A stretch of DNA of 64,000 nt from Candidatus Sumerlaeales bacterium (GCA_038243585.1 JBBSQY010000002.1:1-64000), one strand, 5' to 3'. Numbered from the stretch's first letter, positions 40,806 through 52,168 are shown. Notes: generated by a model not told the origin, from the letters alone. A program made the numbers and translations.

Positions 40806-41891
40806 ATGACGGAAACACTCGAACTGCTGAAGCAGCTAAGCGAGGCCCATGGAGTCAGCGGTTACGAAGACGACGTTCGCGAAATTATAATGAACCGCCT
40901 GGAGCCGCTGGGGGCGGTCGCGCAGGTAGATACTCTTGGCAATCTGATCCTTCGCTTTCCGGTGGAGAATCAGGATGATCCGGTGCTGCTGCTGGATGCG
41001 CACATGGATGAAATTGGTCTCGTGGTCAGTTATATAGAACCGACTGGGTTTCTGCGATTCGCTACCGTCGGTGGTTGGGACGAGCGCGTACTGCCTGCTC
41101 ATGCGGTTGACGTGAAAACGGAGAGCGGGCAGATAGTTCGCGGCGTTATTGGCACACCTCCGCCCCATATTTTGAAACCAGAGGATCGAAAGAAACCTTT
41201 CGAGGTCGAGAATTTGTTCATTGATGTTGGCGCACAGTCTGAGGCCGATGTCGCCCGTATGGGCGTGAAGGTTGGAGACAGCGCCGTACCTTCCTATCCA
41301 TTCCATCGCCTCGGCGATGAGGTTGTGATGGGAAAGGCGCTGGATGACAGGGTCGGGTGTGCCGTGCTGGTTCGTCTGCTGGAGACGCTTTTTGATCCGG
41401 TTGTACAGCGCAAACTTTCTGTCCAAGTGGTCGCGTTGTTCAGCACATTCGAAGAAACCGGTGGGCGTGGTGCGCAAGCTGCATGCTACGGAATCGATCC
41501 TGACCTTGCCCTTGTGATTGAAGGTACTGTTGCTGCGGATTGCCCCGGCGTGCCGCCTGCAAGGATTCCCAGCCGGCAGGGGAGCGGTCCCGCCATCACC
41601 CTTATGGATCGTACCGCGCACTTGCCGAGAAAATTGGTAAGGTTTATTGAAAAACTTGCGGCTGAAGCCGGCATCCCATGTCAGCTAAAGACTCCTATTT
41701 TTGGAGGAACTAACGCGGCCCGCATTCATATGAACCGCGCGGGTGTGGCCACAGCGGTTATAAGTGTACCCTGCCGATATATCCATGGACCTCATTCGAC
41801 GCTGCGGATTAGCGATATGGAGCAAACTATCAATCTGGCAAAGGAATTTGTCATGCACGGAGCTTGCTACCTCAACGAACAGAAGCACTAA
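40806..41891 (+). CDS. M42 family aminopeptidase
   Basis: GVSGYE, AHMDEIG, KALDDRVG, EETG, CRYIH; exact start uncertain. Confidence 0.92.
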   Translation: MTETLELLKQLSEAHGVSGYEDDVREIIMNRLEPLGAVAQVDTLGNLILRFPVENQDDPVLLLDAHMDEIGLVVSYIEPTGFLRFATVGGWDERVLPAHAVDVKTESGQIVRGVIGTPPPHILKPEDRKKPFEVENLFIDVGAQSEADVARMGVKVGDSAVPSYPFHRLGDEVVMGKALDDRVGCAVLVRLLETLFDPVVQRKLSVQVVALFSTFEETGGRGAQAACYGIDPDLALVIEGTVAADCPGVPPARIPSRQGSGPAITLMDRTAHLPRKLVRFIEKLAAEAGIPCQLKTPIFGGTNAARIHMNRAGVATAVISVPCRYIHGPHSTLRISDMEQTINLAKEFVMHGACYLNEQKH

Positions 41892-41996
41892 AGGTATTGC
41901 CGACACTACGCTTATTATGATTTTTCAGAAATGCCGAACAACGCCTTAGTCTTCACAATAGATTATGAATCAACCCGGAAAAAAAAGAAAGTCGTT

Positions 41997-42878
41997 ATGA
42001 ACTTCCACGGATCCATGTGCGCCATCGTGACGCCATTTAAAGATGACAAAGTAGACCTGCAAGCCTTGGAGCGCCTTGTTAATTTCCAGATAGATAATGG
42101 CACCAGTGCTCTTGTTCCCTGCGGCACCACGGGTGAAAGCTCAACGCTTACCCATGATGAACACCACCTGGTAATCGAAAAGACCATCGCGTTTGCGGCG
42201 GGTCGGGTTCCTGTAATTGCGGGAACTGGCAGCAATAGCACTGCCGAGGCCATTTCGCTGACGAAAGAAGCGAAAAAAATGGGCGCGGACGCGGCGCTGC
42301 TGATCACGCCATACTACAACAAGCCAACTCAGGATGGCTTGTACGCTCATTATATGGCCGTAGCTGACGCCGTGGATATACCGCAAATTCTCTACAATGT
42401 ACCTTCGCGTACGGCGGTATGCGTTGAACCGGAAACCGTATCACGCCTGGCGGATCACAAAAATATCGTCGCCATTAAAGAAGCCAGCGGATCGCTCGAC
42501 TACATCAGCCGTCTGCGTGGTTTAACCGATCTTTCGATTCTTTGCGGGAATGACAATTTGACGTTGCCACTCATGGTGCTTGGCGCAAAGGGCGCGATCA
42601 GCGTGCTGGCTAATGTGATTCCCGGGATGTGTTCGGAAATGATGAGCGCTGTGGCACGCGATGACTGGGACGAGGCCCGCCGCCTTCATTTTCAGACTTT
42701 TAATTTAACGGAAGCGCTGTTTGTCGAAACAAATCCGGTTCCGGTTAAGGCTGCCCTAGCCATGATGGGGTTGATATGCGATGAACTCAGGCTGCCCATG
42801 ACCTCACTGCACGTACAATACCAGCCCCGCCTAAAGCGCGAACTGGCAGCATTGGGCCTTTGTCTACAGAAGGCGTAG
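41997..42878 (+). CDS. dapA: 4-hydroxy-tetrahydrodipicolinate synthase
   Basis: GTTGES, AGTGSNST, PYYNKP, LYNVPSRT, IKEASG, ETNPVPVK. Confidence 0.97.
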   Translation: MNFHGSMCAIVTPFKDDKVDLQALERLVNFQIDNGTSALVPCGTTGESSTLTHDEHHLVIEKTIAFAAGRVPVIAGTGSNSTAEAISLTKEAKKMGADAALLITPYYNKPTQDGLYAHYMAVADAVDIPQILYNVPSRTAVCVEPETVSRLADHKNIVAIKEASGSLDYISRLRGLTDLSILCGNDNLTLPLMVLGAKGAISVLANVIPGMCSEMMSAVARDDWDEARRLHFQTFNLTEALFVETNPVPVKAALAMMGLICDELRLPMTSLHVQYQPRLKRELAALGLCLQKA

Positions 42879-42888
42879 CGGTCTAAAC

Positions 42889-43010
42889 GTAGGGTGGGTA
42901 TTCCTGCCCGTCTCAGGTGCAGGCGCACTTTACATGCCGGGCCTGCATTATAGCTTAATAACAACCGTACTCGCCCTTCCCCTCGGGACAGACAGGAATG
43001 TCTATCCTAC
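42889..43010. repeat. Inverted GTAG-REP doublet (family B)
   Basis: GTAGGGTGGGTATTCCTGCCCGTC ... GACAGACAGGAATGTCTATCCTAC. Confidence 0.75.
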
Positions 43011-43033
43011 TATTGTAACTGGAGAACACAATA

Positions 43034-43807
43034 ATGCCTACGACCGATATGCTTCAAGTCTTAGAAAAGCTTGCCCGCGACGCCGGCGATATTACCCTGA
43101 AATACTTTCAGTCGGACAACCTTGCCGTCGAATCCAAAAGCGATGACAGTCCCGTTACCATCGCGGATCGTGAAACGGAGCAGTTTATCCGGGATGAAGT
43201 CGAGCGGATGTTTCCCGGCGACGTGGTTATCGGCGAAGAATTTGGTGAGGGACCTGGAGACAAGAGCGCGCGTCGATGGATAGTTGATCCCATTGACGGG
43301 ACGAAATCTTTCATCCACGGTGTGCCGATCTATGGTGTGATGATCGGAGTGGAAGAAGGCGGCGAAATGGTGGCAGGCGCCGTGTTTATCCCGCCGTTGA
43401 ATGATATGGTCGTGGCCGCAAAAGGCCAGGGCTGCTGGTGGAACGGCAAACGGGCGCAGGTTTCAAAAGTCGATTCGTTTTCTAAAGCGCTGATCCTTAC
43501 GACGGACGTGGCGAACCACAAACGCTACGATAAAGAGGAAAGCTGGAACCGTTTGTGCGCGGGAGCTCGCTTGGTGCGAACCTGGGGCGACTGTTATGGG
43601 CACATCCTTGTGGCAACCGGCCGCGCCGATGCCATGTTCGATCCACAGATGAACCCTTGGGACTGCGCCGCTCTACTTCCGATACTGGAGGAAGCAGGCG
43701 GCACGTTCACAGACTACGACGGCACGGCAACGGTTTACGGTAAGGACGCCATGTCTACCAATAAAGTTTTGTTAACCGAAATCCAAGAAGTCATCAACGC
43801 AAGCTGA
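43034..43807 (+). CDS. hisN: Histidinol-phosphate phosphatase (inositol monophosphatase family)
   Basis: SPVTIADRETE, GEE, WIVDPIDGTKSF, RTWGDCYG, PWD. Confidence 0.82.
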   Translation: MPTTDMLQVLEKLARDAGDITLKYFQSDNLAVESKSDDSPVTIADRETEQFIRDEVERMFPGDVVIGEEFGEGPGDKSARRWIVDPIDGTKSFIHGVPIYGVMIGVEEGGEMVAGAVFIPPLNDMVVAAKGQGCWWNGKRAQVSKVDSFSKALILTTDVANHKRYDKEESWNRLCAGARLVRTWGDCYGHILVATGRADAMFDPQMNPWDCAALLPILEEAGGTFTDYDGTATVYGKDAMSTNKVLLTEIQEVINAS

Positions 43808-43837
43808 CAGTCCGACAGCATGGACGGCAGTGACCCG

Positions 43838-45601
43838 TCACCGGCTTAAATGTTCTCGAAGCACCTCGATCCCCTCAGCCTGTATTTCATGCCTCGACCT
43901 GATACGGTTGGGGTTATCAAGGCGCAATGTCATTGACTGGTCGGGGTCGAGTTTAAACTTCACCTTTCCGTTAATTATTGAAATACGTACATTTTCGCCC
44001 ACCGTTTCCGAAACGCTGCCGTCGGGATTCTTAACCATTATTCGAACGTCACCTTCAAACTCCATAATGCCATCATCAAGGGTATAAATTAGGGAGTCCG
44101 CCGTTACAACCGCAGTGCTTGTTCCATGCGGTAAATGGGCCTCCAGCCCGGGGCCTTTCGCGGTAAGCCGTTCAGTGGAAGAGGTATAGGTTAGTTCCGC
44201 GCAAGATATCGTCGTGCCACGCGTGGAATACACCACGCCCGTTTTGGCGGAAATTGTCTCGAGTCCCTTGGTGGTTTCGTTAAATGTGTAAATGAGTACT
44301 CCATCGTTTTCCGCGACCTTGAGCGTGAAAGGACTTTTCCCGGATAAACCTCCCGTGGTGTCTGCGATTTTAGCCATGGATGACGGGTTTGCAAATTCTA
44401 ACGTGGTCCCTATTGATTTCGCAAATGAACTGGAATACGCCCCAGAATACTTGTTCGGTTGGTCTACCGACGCGCCCGCAGCAGGCTCTTGCGTATTCTG
44501 TTTCATTGCCTCGACCGCAGGTTCTGGCTCCGCTGGTTGCGACTGGGCTTCTGTAAAACCGACAGCGACGATGATCGCCCCGATGGCAAACCCGCAAATC
44601 GCCTTTGCTTTGCTCTGCTTATGATGTTGTGATATCATGATGATACGCCTTCCTGTTTCAGATTTTACTTCTATGATTCCTACGCTTCCGGCGAACAGCC
44701 GTGACACCGATGCCTGTTCCGCCAGTTTTAGTATTGTGCGACCATATTCCGCCGCGTTTTCCCGCCCCAGGAGTCGCACTACTTCCGCGTCGCACGCGAT
44801 TTCGCGATCCGCCCGCATACGGTAAAAGCCGATCCAGATCAGCGGATTGAACCAGTGCACCGCCTGTAATAGAGCTGCCGCAAATCCGACGACGAGATCG
44901 CCCCGGCGGAGATGGATCAGCTCATGAAGAATTATAAAGCGGAGTTCAGCTGCAGACGTTGACTCAAGCGTTCCAACCGGCAAAAGCACTACCGGGCGAA
45001 AAAGTCCCGCCAGCGCCGGAGTGGATATGTCACGACTTTGACGAAACTGCACCTGCCGCCTGATTCCTACATTCCGGCAGCAACTCCTGAACAACGATTC
45101 AACTTCTGGATCATCGATAAGATCGGCCCGTCGTATGGTCGCAAGTAAACGAAAGGCATTCCGGGTCAGCAGAAGCAGAACAGTCAGAAAGCCGATAGCC
45201 CAAACGACCAGCAGAATTGCCATGGCGCTGAAAGGAAACCCTGAAGCATCCAGAGCGGCTATAGCGTGCCTGTCGGCAACCGCGCTTTCTGATCCATTAA
45301 AAGCCGGAGGCGTAACCGCAGGGCGCACATCAAGATATCCCTGCAATATCTTAGGCCCGGGCTGGGCCTGCCCCTGCGACACCCATCCGGATGGACTTAC
45401 ATAATTGCTCAGACTGAAGACGCTTTCCGGACCGATCGGAATCACCAGCCGCCCCAGAACGAGAATCCACAACGCAAAGTGCCACCACGGGGTGAGCAGT
45501 CGCCCTAGCAATACCTTAATAATCAGTATCAAAAGTACCAGCACTGCAGCGTGAAGCGACGCCGAGATCAGCCATTCCAGGAATGTGGAAGATATGCTCA
45601 T
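43838..45601 (-). CDS. BlaR1/M56 peptidase sensor with an OstA/LptA-like C-terminal domain
   Basis: HELIH zinc motif, HWFNPL, DREIACD, YGRTIL; beta-rich C-terminus. Confidence 0.88.
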   Translation of the reverse strand: MSISSTFLEWLISASLHAAVLVLLILIIKVLLGRLLTPWWHFALWILVLGRLVIPIGPESVFSLSNYVSPSGWVSQGQAQPGPKILQGYLDVRPAVTPPAFNGSESAVADRHAIAALDASGFPFSAMAILLVVWAIGFLTVLLLLTRNAFRLLATIRRADLIDDPEVESLFRSCCRNVGIRRQVQFRQSRDISTPALAGLFRPVVLLPVGTLESTSAAELRFIILHELIHLRRGDLVVGFAAALLQAVHWFNPLIWIGFYRMRADREIACDAEVVRLLGRENAAEYGRTILKLAEQASVSRLFAGSVGIIEVKSETGRRIIMISQHHKQSKAKAICGFAIGAIIVAVGFTEAQSQPAEPEPAVEAMKQNTQEPAAGASVDQPNKYSGAYSSSFAKSIGTTLEFANPSSMAKIADTTGGLSGKSPFTLKVAENDGVLIYTFNETTKGLETISAKTGVVYSTRGTTISCAELTYTSSTERLTAKGPGLEAHLPHGTSTAVVTADSLIYTLDDGIMEFEGDVRIMVKNPDGSVSETVGENVRISIINGKVKFKLDPDQSMTLRLDNPNRIRSRHEIQAEGIEVLREHLSR

Positions 45602-45604
45602 AGC

Positions 45605-45982
45605 TTAATCCTTTTCCATATCGTCCAGCAGTTGACGCAACCGGGCGATTTCTTCCGGCGACAGCTTTTCCTGCTGAAGAAACCCGGCGATCATCGGCAT
45701 CATGCTGCCATCGTAAACCCGCGAAGCAAACGATCTGCTTTCCGCTCGAACGCATTGCGCCTCGGTGAAGCGCGGAGCATAGGTATGCTCTCGGTTTGTT
45801 TTTGTCGCAGCAACCGCGCCTTTTTTTACAAGCCTGGCCAGCAGCGTCTTTATGGTATTCGGCTTCCAGTCCGTCTGGGGGCTGAGTGCGTCCACCAGTT
45901 CGCCGGAAGTACAAGGATAGCGAAGCCATAAAGCTTTCATGACTTCCCACTCCGCTTCGGAAATTTTTGGGATTTTTATCAT
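45605..45982 (-). CDS. BlaI/MecI/CopY family repressor
   Basis: ISEAEWEVMKALW, WKPNTIKTLLARLVKKG, LSPEEIARLRQLL. Confidence 0.93.
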   Translation of the reverse strand: MIKIPKISEAEWEVMKALWLRYPCTSGELVDALSPQTDWKPNTIKTLLARLVKKGAVAATKTNREHTYAPRFTEAQCVRAESRSFASRVYDGSMMPMIAGFLQQEKLSPEEIARLRQLLDDMEKD

Positions 45983-45996
45983 AATAAACAAGGACT

Positions 45997-46035
45997 AACT
46001 ACGGGTGTAGTTCGATATCAACTACAAATGTAGTT
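45997..46035. promoter_or_regulatory. Tandem BlaI-type operators
   Basis: AACTACGGGTGTAGTT (45997-46012) and AACTACAAATGTAGTT (46020-46035); TACA-N2-TGTA core. Confidence 0.85.
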
Positions 46036-46121
46036 ATACTGTTGAAATGTTCTGTTTTCCTTGCTCGTGGGATCCTACGGGGGCATCTGCATCTTAGATA
46101 TTTATCAGGAGAGCATGACCA

Positions 46122-46946
46122 ATGCCGTTATCGCCCGCAGATTTACCCAATCAATCCCGTTCCGAAGGCGATGACGGATGCGTTATATTTCTCCATATAG
46201 CAAAAGCGGGAGGCACCACCTTTGAGGCGGTGCTTGATAACCAGTATCCGCCCGAATCAATTTATGCGCTGGACAACTGGGATACGGTTTCCTCCATCCA
46301 GCGCCTAAGCGCGACGCCGCGAGATAACCTTCGTCACGTAAGGCTTCTCCGCGGCCATATGCCCTTCGGGCTGCATCAGTATATCCCGTCTCCGTCCAGA
46401 TACATCACGTTTTTGCGTGACCCTGTGGAGCGAATGACGTCGCATTTCTACTTCGTATTGCAGACTCCACTGCACTATCTTCACCAGACGGTTATGGAGC
46501 AAAAGATGGATCTGGCTGCCTACGTTCTATCTGGCATATCTCCGGAACTGGACAACAGCCAGACAAAAGCCATCAGCGGTAACTTTACCCATTTTGGTTG
46601 CTGCACGCGGGATGATTTGGAGACGGCGAAAGCAAACATAAGAGATTGGTTTGAGGTCACCGGGATAACTGAACGATACGATGAAAGCCTCCTGCTGATG
46701 AAACGCCGCCTGCACTGGCGGAACGATCCCTATTACGTCAGTGCGAACATTACCTCATCCCGTCCCGCAGTGGCCAGCCTTCCAGAATCGACCATCGACA
46801 GCATCCGCCAGGTCAATCAGCTGGATATGGAACTGTATGAATATGCGCTCTCCTTACACAAGGTCGCATTAGAAGCTGAGGGGCCGCAGTTTGCGGAAGA
46901 GCTTGCTCAATTTCAACGGCGCAATCGAGATCAGGGAAAGAGATAG
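46122..46946 (+). CDS. Sulfotransferase family 2 protein
   Basis: FLHIAKAGGTT (5'-PSB), FLRDPVERMTS (3'-PB), NQLDMELY. Confidence 0.88.
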   Translation: MPLSPADLPNQSRSEGDDGCVIFLHIAKAGGTTFEAVLDNQYPPESIYALDNWDTVSSIQRLSATPRDNLRHVRLLRGHMPFGLHQYIPSPSRYITFLRDPVERMTSHFYFVLQTPLHYLHQTVMEQKMDLAAYVLSGISPELDNSQTKAISGNFTHFGCCTRDDLETAKANIRDWFEVTGITERYDESLLLMKRRLHWRNDPYYVSANITSSRPAVASLPESTIDSIRQVNQLDMELYEYALSLHKVALEAEGPQFAEELAQFQRRNRDQGKR

Positions 46947-47190
46947 TAGTTATGCGGTTAAAAAGTGCCAGGGTGTTCAGGAGGTCTATGTTCCACGGCG
47001 TCTCGGAAGATGCGGCGTGTCATACCTGTTCGAAAGCAAGTATGATGCTTCTCCTGCGTTTTGACTGAACAGTCGGTTTCCCCTGCTATATACTGTGTCT
47101 TACATCGTCCAGGGTTTGCGCCCTTTAGTCCTTTATCCTGACCCCCACTAAGCTGATAACAATGCTTAGCCAATCCTGAAAGGGAACACC

Positions 47191-50100
47191 ATGCCGTTTG
47201 TTTATTTTTTTGATCGTATTCAACCCTGTAGAATCCTTACTATCGCGTTCGCCGGTATGGCGCTCATGGCACCATTGCCGTCCGCAGCCCATACTATCAG
47301 TTCAAATTTTGAATGCGCCTGGTACGGCGTTGATATCGCCGGGCCAAAATCCCTTCGCGGAAACCTGAGCACTCAGGAAAAGGTCATGCGTGTTGCTGCA
47401 AAGTTGCCGGTTGTGAAAGGGGAGGACGGCAGCACGATATATCCCCAAGGTACAATTATTGATACTGCCGAGATCAGCGATGGTGTCCTAAATGTCTGGA
47501 TTACTTTCCCAGCGGATGTCCAGGAAAAGTCTCTCGATGCCAACGTCATCTATCAGGGCGGCGAGGTGCTGCGCCATTATTTCGCGGAATCTGAGCAATT
47601 GACCGGGCATAAAATCAACGCGCGAACTGCCGGCCAGCAGGATTACAAGGATCTTGAAGAGTTTATCTATCATGTTTCTCCGGAAGCCCAAAACGATCCT
47701 GAAACGACGCCAGCCCTTGAATACGAAGTAAACGGTCCGGGACCTCAGCCCGATCCTGACTATGAGGCATGGCATGAGGAATTGAAACAGAAGACAAACT
47801 CGGCCAGGGATGTCCCCGGGCAATACTCGGCTCTTAGCGGTTCAGGAATGCCTAGCGGGTCTCTCGCGGGGCGAATTATTTTTACTTATGGCGGCCATGG
47901 TCGCACATGGGACGGCAGCCAGAATACTTGGCGCTGGCAGCGCGGCATCTATAATAACATGCTGGAAGACTATGGAAATGCTGAAGGCTCGGATGCCTAT
48001 GCCTATCACGCGTTTAACGCGGGGGCCACGGTTGTATCTTTTCGTCCTATTGGCTATCAGGAAAACGAAGTCGTCATAGACAACACATCCCCCGGCTTTT
48101 CGACTACCGGAAGCTGGAGCAACAGCGTCAACACCCGCTACTACGGCAGCGGCACCCCGTATGTATTTGCCGATACGGCAAATGCCGAAACAGCTACGGC
48201 CACTTATACGCCAAACATTACTGAAGCCGGTTATTACCCTGTATACACCTGGGTTAATCATGGGTCGGATCGAGTGCCAGGCCAGCTATATAAAATTAAA
48301 ACCACTGGCGGCGAGGCGCAGGTGCGCATTGATCACCGCCGGGTCGGATGCGGTTGGGTTTACCTTGGCACTTACTATTTTTACGCTGGAGCCAATGCTG
48401 CTTCTGGTTCTGTGACAGTTTCAAACCTTAATCCGCCTTCGGTCCCTCCTGGCTCGTATATCGCCGTGGCAGATGCCATACGATTTGGCAATGGAATGGG
48501 GGATGTGAACAATGGTGGCGGCATTTCCGGCTGGTCTCGTCGGGAAGAATCTACCGTTTATTGGATTCAGAACGGGTGGGGAAACGGTCAAAGTCCGGCA
48601 GAGCAGGGGTCGGTTCCTGGAGCGCCGCAAGTGTGTGGAACAACTCTAACACTTCGGATGACGAAAACCTCTCATGGACTGCTCCCCCACGTATGGCAGC
48701 GCAGATGTACCGCCTCCATGACGACACAACGGCGGCAGACAAGAGATATGCGCTTTATCTTGGGTGGCATTCCAATGGTTCAAATGGCTCTGCACGCGGG
48801 AGCATGGGGCTAATCACCGGTAGCCCAACCACTAATCAGACATGGTGGGCAGATCGGGTTGCGGGTCAGGTCGACGCTGTTTCCCTGGAAGATGATGTTA
48901 ACTGGGAACATACCTGGTTTAACCGTTCTAACACATATACCGGCGGATACGGAGAAATCACTAACAGTCACTTTCAAAGCAAGATGGACGGTACCATCAT
49001 AGAAGTTGGGTACCATGACAACCCTCAAGATGCCGCTTTGATGCGCGACCCCAAAGTGCGCAACGCTCATGGCAAGGGTGCGTATAGAGCTGCCGTTCAG
49101 TATTTTAATAATTTCCGAGGCGGTCCCGTAGCTTATTACCCTGAGCCTCCTGTTCGCTTTCGTGCTGTTAACAATGGCAGCGGCGGTGTTACTTTAAGCT
49201 GGCAACCAGGCCCTACAGGCGGCACAAAAGGGCAGGCTGCGACTGGCTATCGAGTATATCAGTCTCCGGACGGCCTGGGTTGGGGCGGCGGTGAGGTTGC
49301 CTCGGACACTGCCCACACAATCGGCGGTCTCACGGTAGGCGAAACTTATTTCTTCCGTGTTGCAGGGCTAAACGCCGGCGGCGAATCTTTTCCCTCGGAT
49401 ACCCTTGGTGTGCGAATCACCCCGTCGGGATCTGCGGATATCCTGATCATCAATGGCTTTGATCGCCTAGACCGGTTTAACAACGTCGCTAAGGGAGGTC
49501 ATGCCGGCACAGTGGAACAGCTCATCCCGCAGCAGAACAATACGTACAATTACGTACGTCAGCACGGAAACGCCATCTCTGCGGCCGGTCGCGATTTTGA
49601 TAGCACCACCAACGAAGCGGTAATCAGTGGCGATATTAATTTAAATAACTATCAAACCGTAGTTTGGATTCTGGGTGAAGAAGCTACGAAAGACAACACG
49701 TTTAATCTGACTGAACGCACCAAGGTGGACGCATTTCTTTCTGCAGGAAAGAACCTGTTTGTTTCAGGCTCGGAAATTGGCTATGAACTGGATTCTCTTA
49801 ATGTGGGGCGTTCCTTTTATCGCAATTCTCTTAAGTCCCAGTTCAATATAGATAGCGCAAATTCCTACGCGGCATCGGGATTTCCCGGATCAATCTTTGA
49901 GGGTCTTGCCAATATCGACTACGCTCCCTCCAGCGACATTTATAATGTCGACAGCCCCGACGTAATCACACCTTTAAACGGCTCAACCACGGCCTTGAAC
50001 TATGCCCCCGCCAGCCCCATGACCGACAGCTTTGACAGTATAGGCTCCTGGCAGCTTCCGAGCTTCAGCGGAACTACCACTGCGGACAGCAGCACTTTCA

Positions 50101-50681
50101 AAATCGTCTCCAGCCCCAAACGTCAGGGCTCGGGTTCCGCTGATCTGAATTACAATTGGACCGAGGGGACGGTCTTGCGTGAATACAATGCTGGCGGTGT
50201 CCAGTTTTCTAATACCGCCACCTTTAGCATCTGGGTCTATGGAGATAATTCCGGCCACACCCTGAGACTGTTCATGCGCGATATCGCCGACAATGAACTT
50301 TTCCAAAACGCCCCCATCACCGTAAACTTCACTGGCTGGCAGCAGATTGTCTGGAACCTGGTATCTGACCCTAAAACGAAATTTGCCGGAACCGGCGATG
50401 GAGTTCTCACTGGCAATGTTCGACTAGACAGCCTCTATCTGACCAAAACCGGAGCGTCAAACAGCGGACACATCTATTTTGACGAGGCCGCGTACACCAC
50501 CGGCGCCGCCACATCCCCCGGTCCTGCCGCGGTGCAATTCAGCGGAGCCTATAAGCTGGTTCACCTGGCGTTTCCTTTCGAAGCCATCGGCACCGAAACC
50601 CAGAGAAACCAAATTATGCTGAACGCACTTAACTACTTCACCGGTACTCCTTCCACCGTTGCGGACTGGAGCGTGTACTAA
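47191..50681 (+). pseudogene. Frameshift-split secreted golvesin/amidase_3/FN3 multidomain protein (ORFs 47191-48813 and 48561-50681)
   Basis: ORF1: signal peptide, GGHG, golvesin-like domain (ADAIRFG). ORF2 in the -1 frame: GWHSN, IIEVGYHDN, FN3, NGFDR. Frames join at about 48580-48610. Confidence 0.75.
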
Positions 50682-50702
50682 TATATATCAGGTCCAGGCC
50701 GT

Positions 50703-50946
50703 TTAAGGTCCGAGTTGATACCGCGGAGGCACACTATTAGTGAAGCTAGTCGGCTCGTCATTAAGCAGGGCCATCGTGGTGGCGCTTGTTAGGCCATCCT
50801 GCAATTTCGCCGTCTCAGGTGCGCCGTTGAGCAGCATCTGCGAGTTTACCATCCGGATCCCGTGGCTGTAATCCGCATACGTCTACGAATGTTCGAAGGA
50901 AGATCACTGGCTGCCACCTGCTTAATCGAAATACCACCGGGCGACA
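50703..50946 (-). pseudogene. Decayed C-terminal gene fragment
   Basis: Manual translation H S * TYADYSHGIRMVNSQMLLNG...LLNDE...PRY with several upstream in-frame stops; recalls a conserved-hypothetical YADYSHGIR motif. Confidence 0.4.
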
Positions 50947-50959
50947 AGACCGGCTCCTG

Positions 50960-52168
50960 CTAATCCGGAACAACATAACCCTTCACCATCCAGACTTCAG
51001 CTTGCGCGGAAAAAGCGTTAGTGGTCGTCAGCGCCACTACAGTGTCGTCATCCAATATTGTCAGACTGTTCCACAAACCAAAGCTGCCGGGTGGAATATC
51101 AAAGGGTTCCGATTTGCGGCCGAAATTACGTGCCCGGCTGTCGCCAATAACTACCTTCATTTCTGAATATCTAAGGTGATTTTTACGCCCCTCTGTTCCC
51201 TGATACGAGAGCAGCGTCTCGCCTGTGCTGAGCTGTCTAAGCCACGGGGCGCCAGCGTAGCGACGAGTGCCTATCCGCCGGCTCAGTGCATACTCGCGGT
51301 TGACACTGATCGGCCCTACTGGCTCTGACCAGTCATTGTCCACAAGGGTGCGTATTAGTGCCGGTTTAAAATAACCAAGCCAGCCGAGATCCTCTATTGC
51401 GCATACAATTTCTTTGCCGTTTCGCAAAAGCAGGGGAGAAGGCATGCCATCGCGCGCTCCTCCACGAAAACTTACCGTCTCCGGGTTTCTAGTCCAAGTC
51501 AAACCGCTATCGGACGACCTCAGTAGGGAAATGTTTTGTTCTTCTGATTTACGGTATGGACTTTCATTGGCAAAATAAATTTGTATTTCACCATTGGGAA
51601 GCTGTATGGCGGCGGGCTCCCAGCAGCCGTCTTCAAATTTATGTCCCGCCTCGTGAACCAGCCGACCGTGCTTCCAGGTGCGGCCTCCATCATAGCTTTT
51701 CCGAGTGCGAATCCCAAAATTACGGGACCCGCTAATCTTGTAAGGGCGAGGATTGTAACAAGCGAGAATGGATTTGTCATGCAGTTCAATCACGTGCGGT
51801 GCCGCCATGTTAATCCCATCTTGTCTCCAGGCTACCACCACTGGATCCTGCCATGTTTTTCCGCGGTTGACGCTTTTTGTTGCCCTGATGGAACCGTCCG
51901 CCTCATACACACAGAGCAGGGATCCGTCGCTTAACTGGGCCATGCGCGGGTAGCTGCTTTGACTAAATGCATCGTCAGAGACGCGAACCAGTGTGTCGCG
52001 ATCCCATAAGACGCGAATTCCCAAATCTGACGGCGGGGATGGATTTTCAAACGTTCGTTTAATGAAAGTTAAAAGTGGCGCTGGAATGTTCGGCATCTCC
52101 GCGCCTTCAAAGAATGGAACGGAAATAAGGTGCAGAAAAAATGAGAGAAGCTTAAGCATAGACTCCAT
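50960..52168 (-). CDS. BNR/Asp-box sialidase-like glycoside hydrolase
   Basis: YPR motif; Asp boxes SVNRGKTW, SYDGGRTW, SSDSGLTW; WEP; RDGMP. Confidence 0.85.
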   Translation of the reverse strand: MESMLKLLSFFLHLISVPFFEGAEMPNIPAPLLTFIKRTFENPSPPSDLGIRVLWDRDTLVRVSDDAFSQSSYPRMAQLSDGSLLCVYEADGSIRATKSVNRGKTWQDPVVVAWRQDGINMAAPHVIELHDKSILACYNPRPYKISGSRNFGIRTRKSYDGGRTWKHGRLVHEAGHKFEDGCWEPAAIQLPNGEIQIYFANESPYRKSEEQNISLLRSSDSGLTWTRNPETVSFRGGARDGMPSPLLLRNGKEIVCAIEDLGWLGYFKPALIRTLVDNDWSEPVGPISVNREYALSRRIGTRRYAGAPWLRQLSTGETLLSYQGTEGRKNHLRYSEMKVVIGDSRARNFGRKSEPFDIPPGSFGLWNSLTILDDDTVVALTTTNAFSAQAEVWMVKGYVVPD

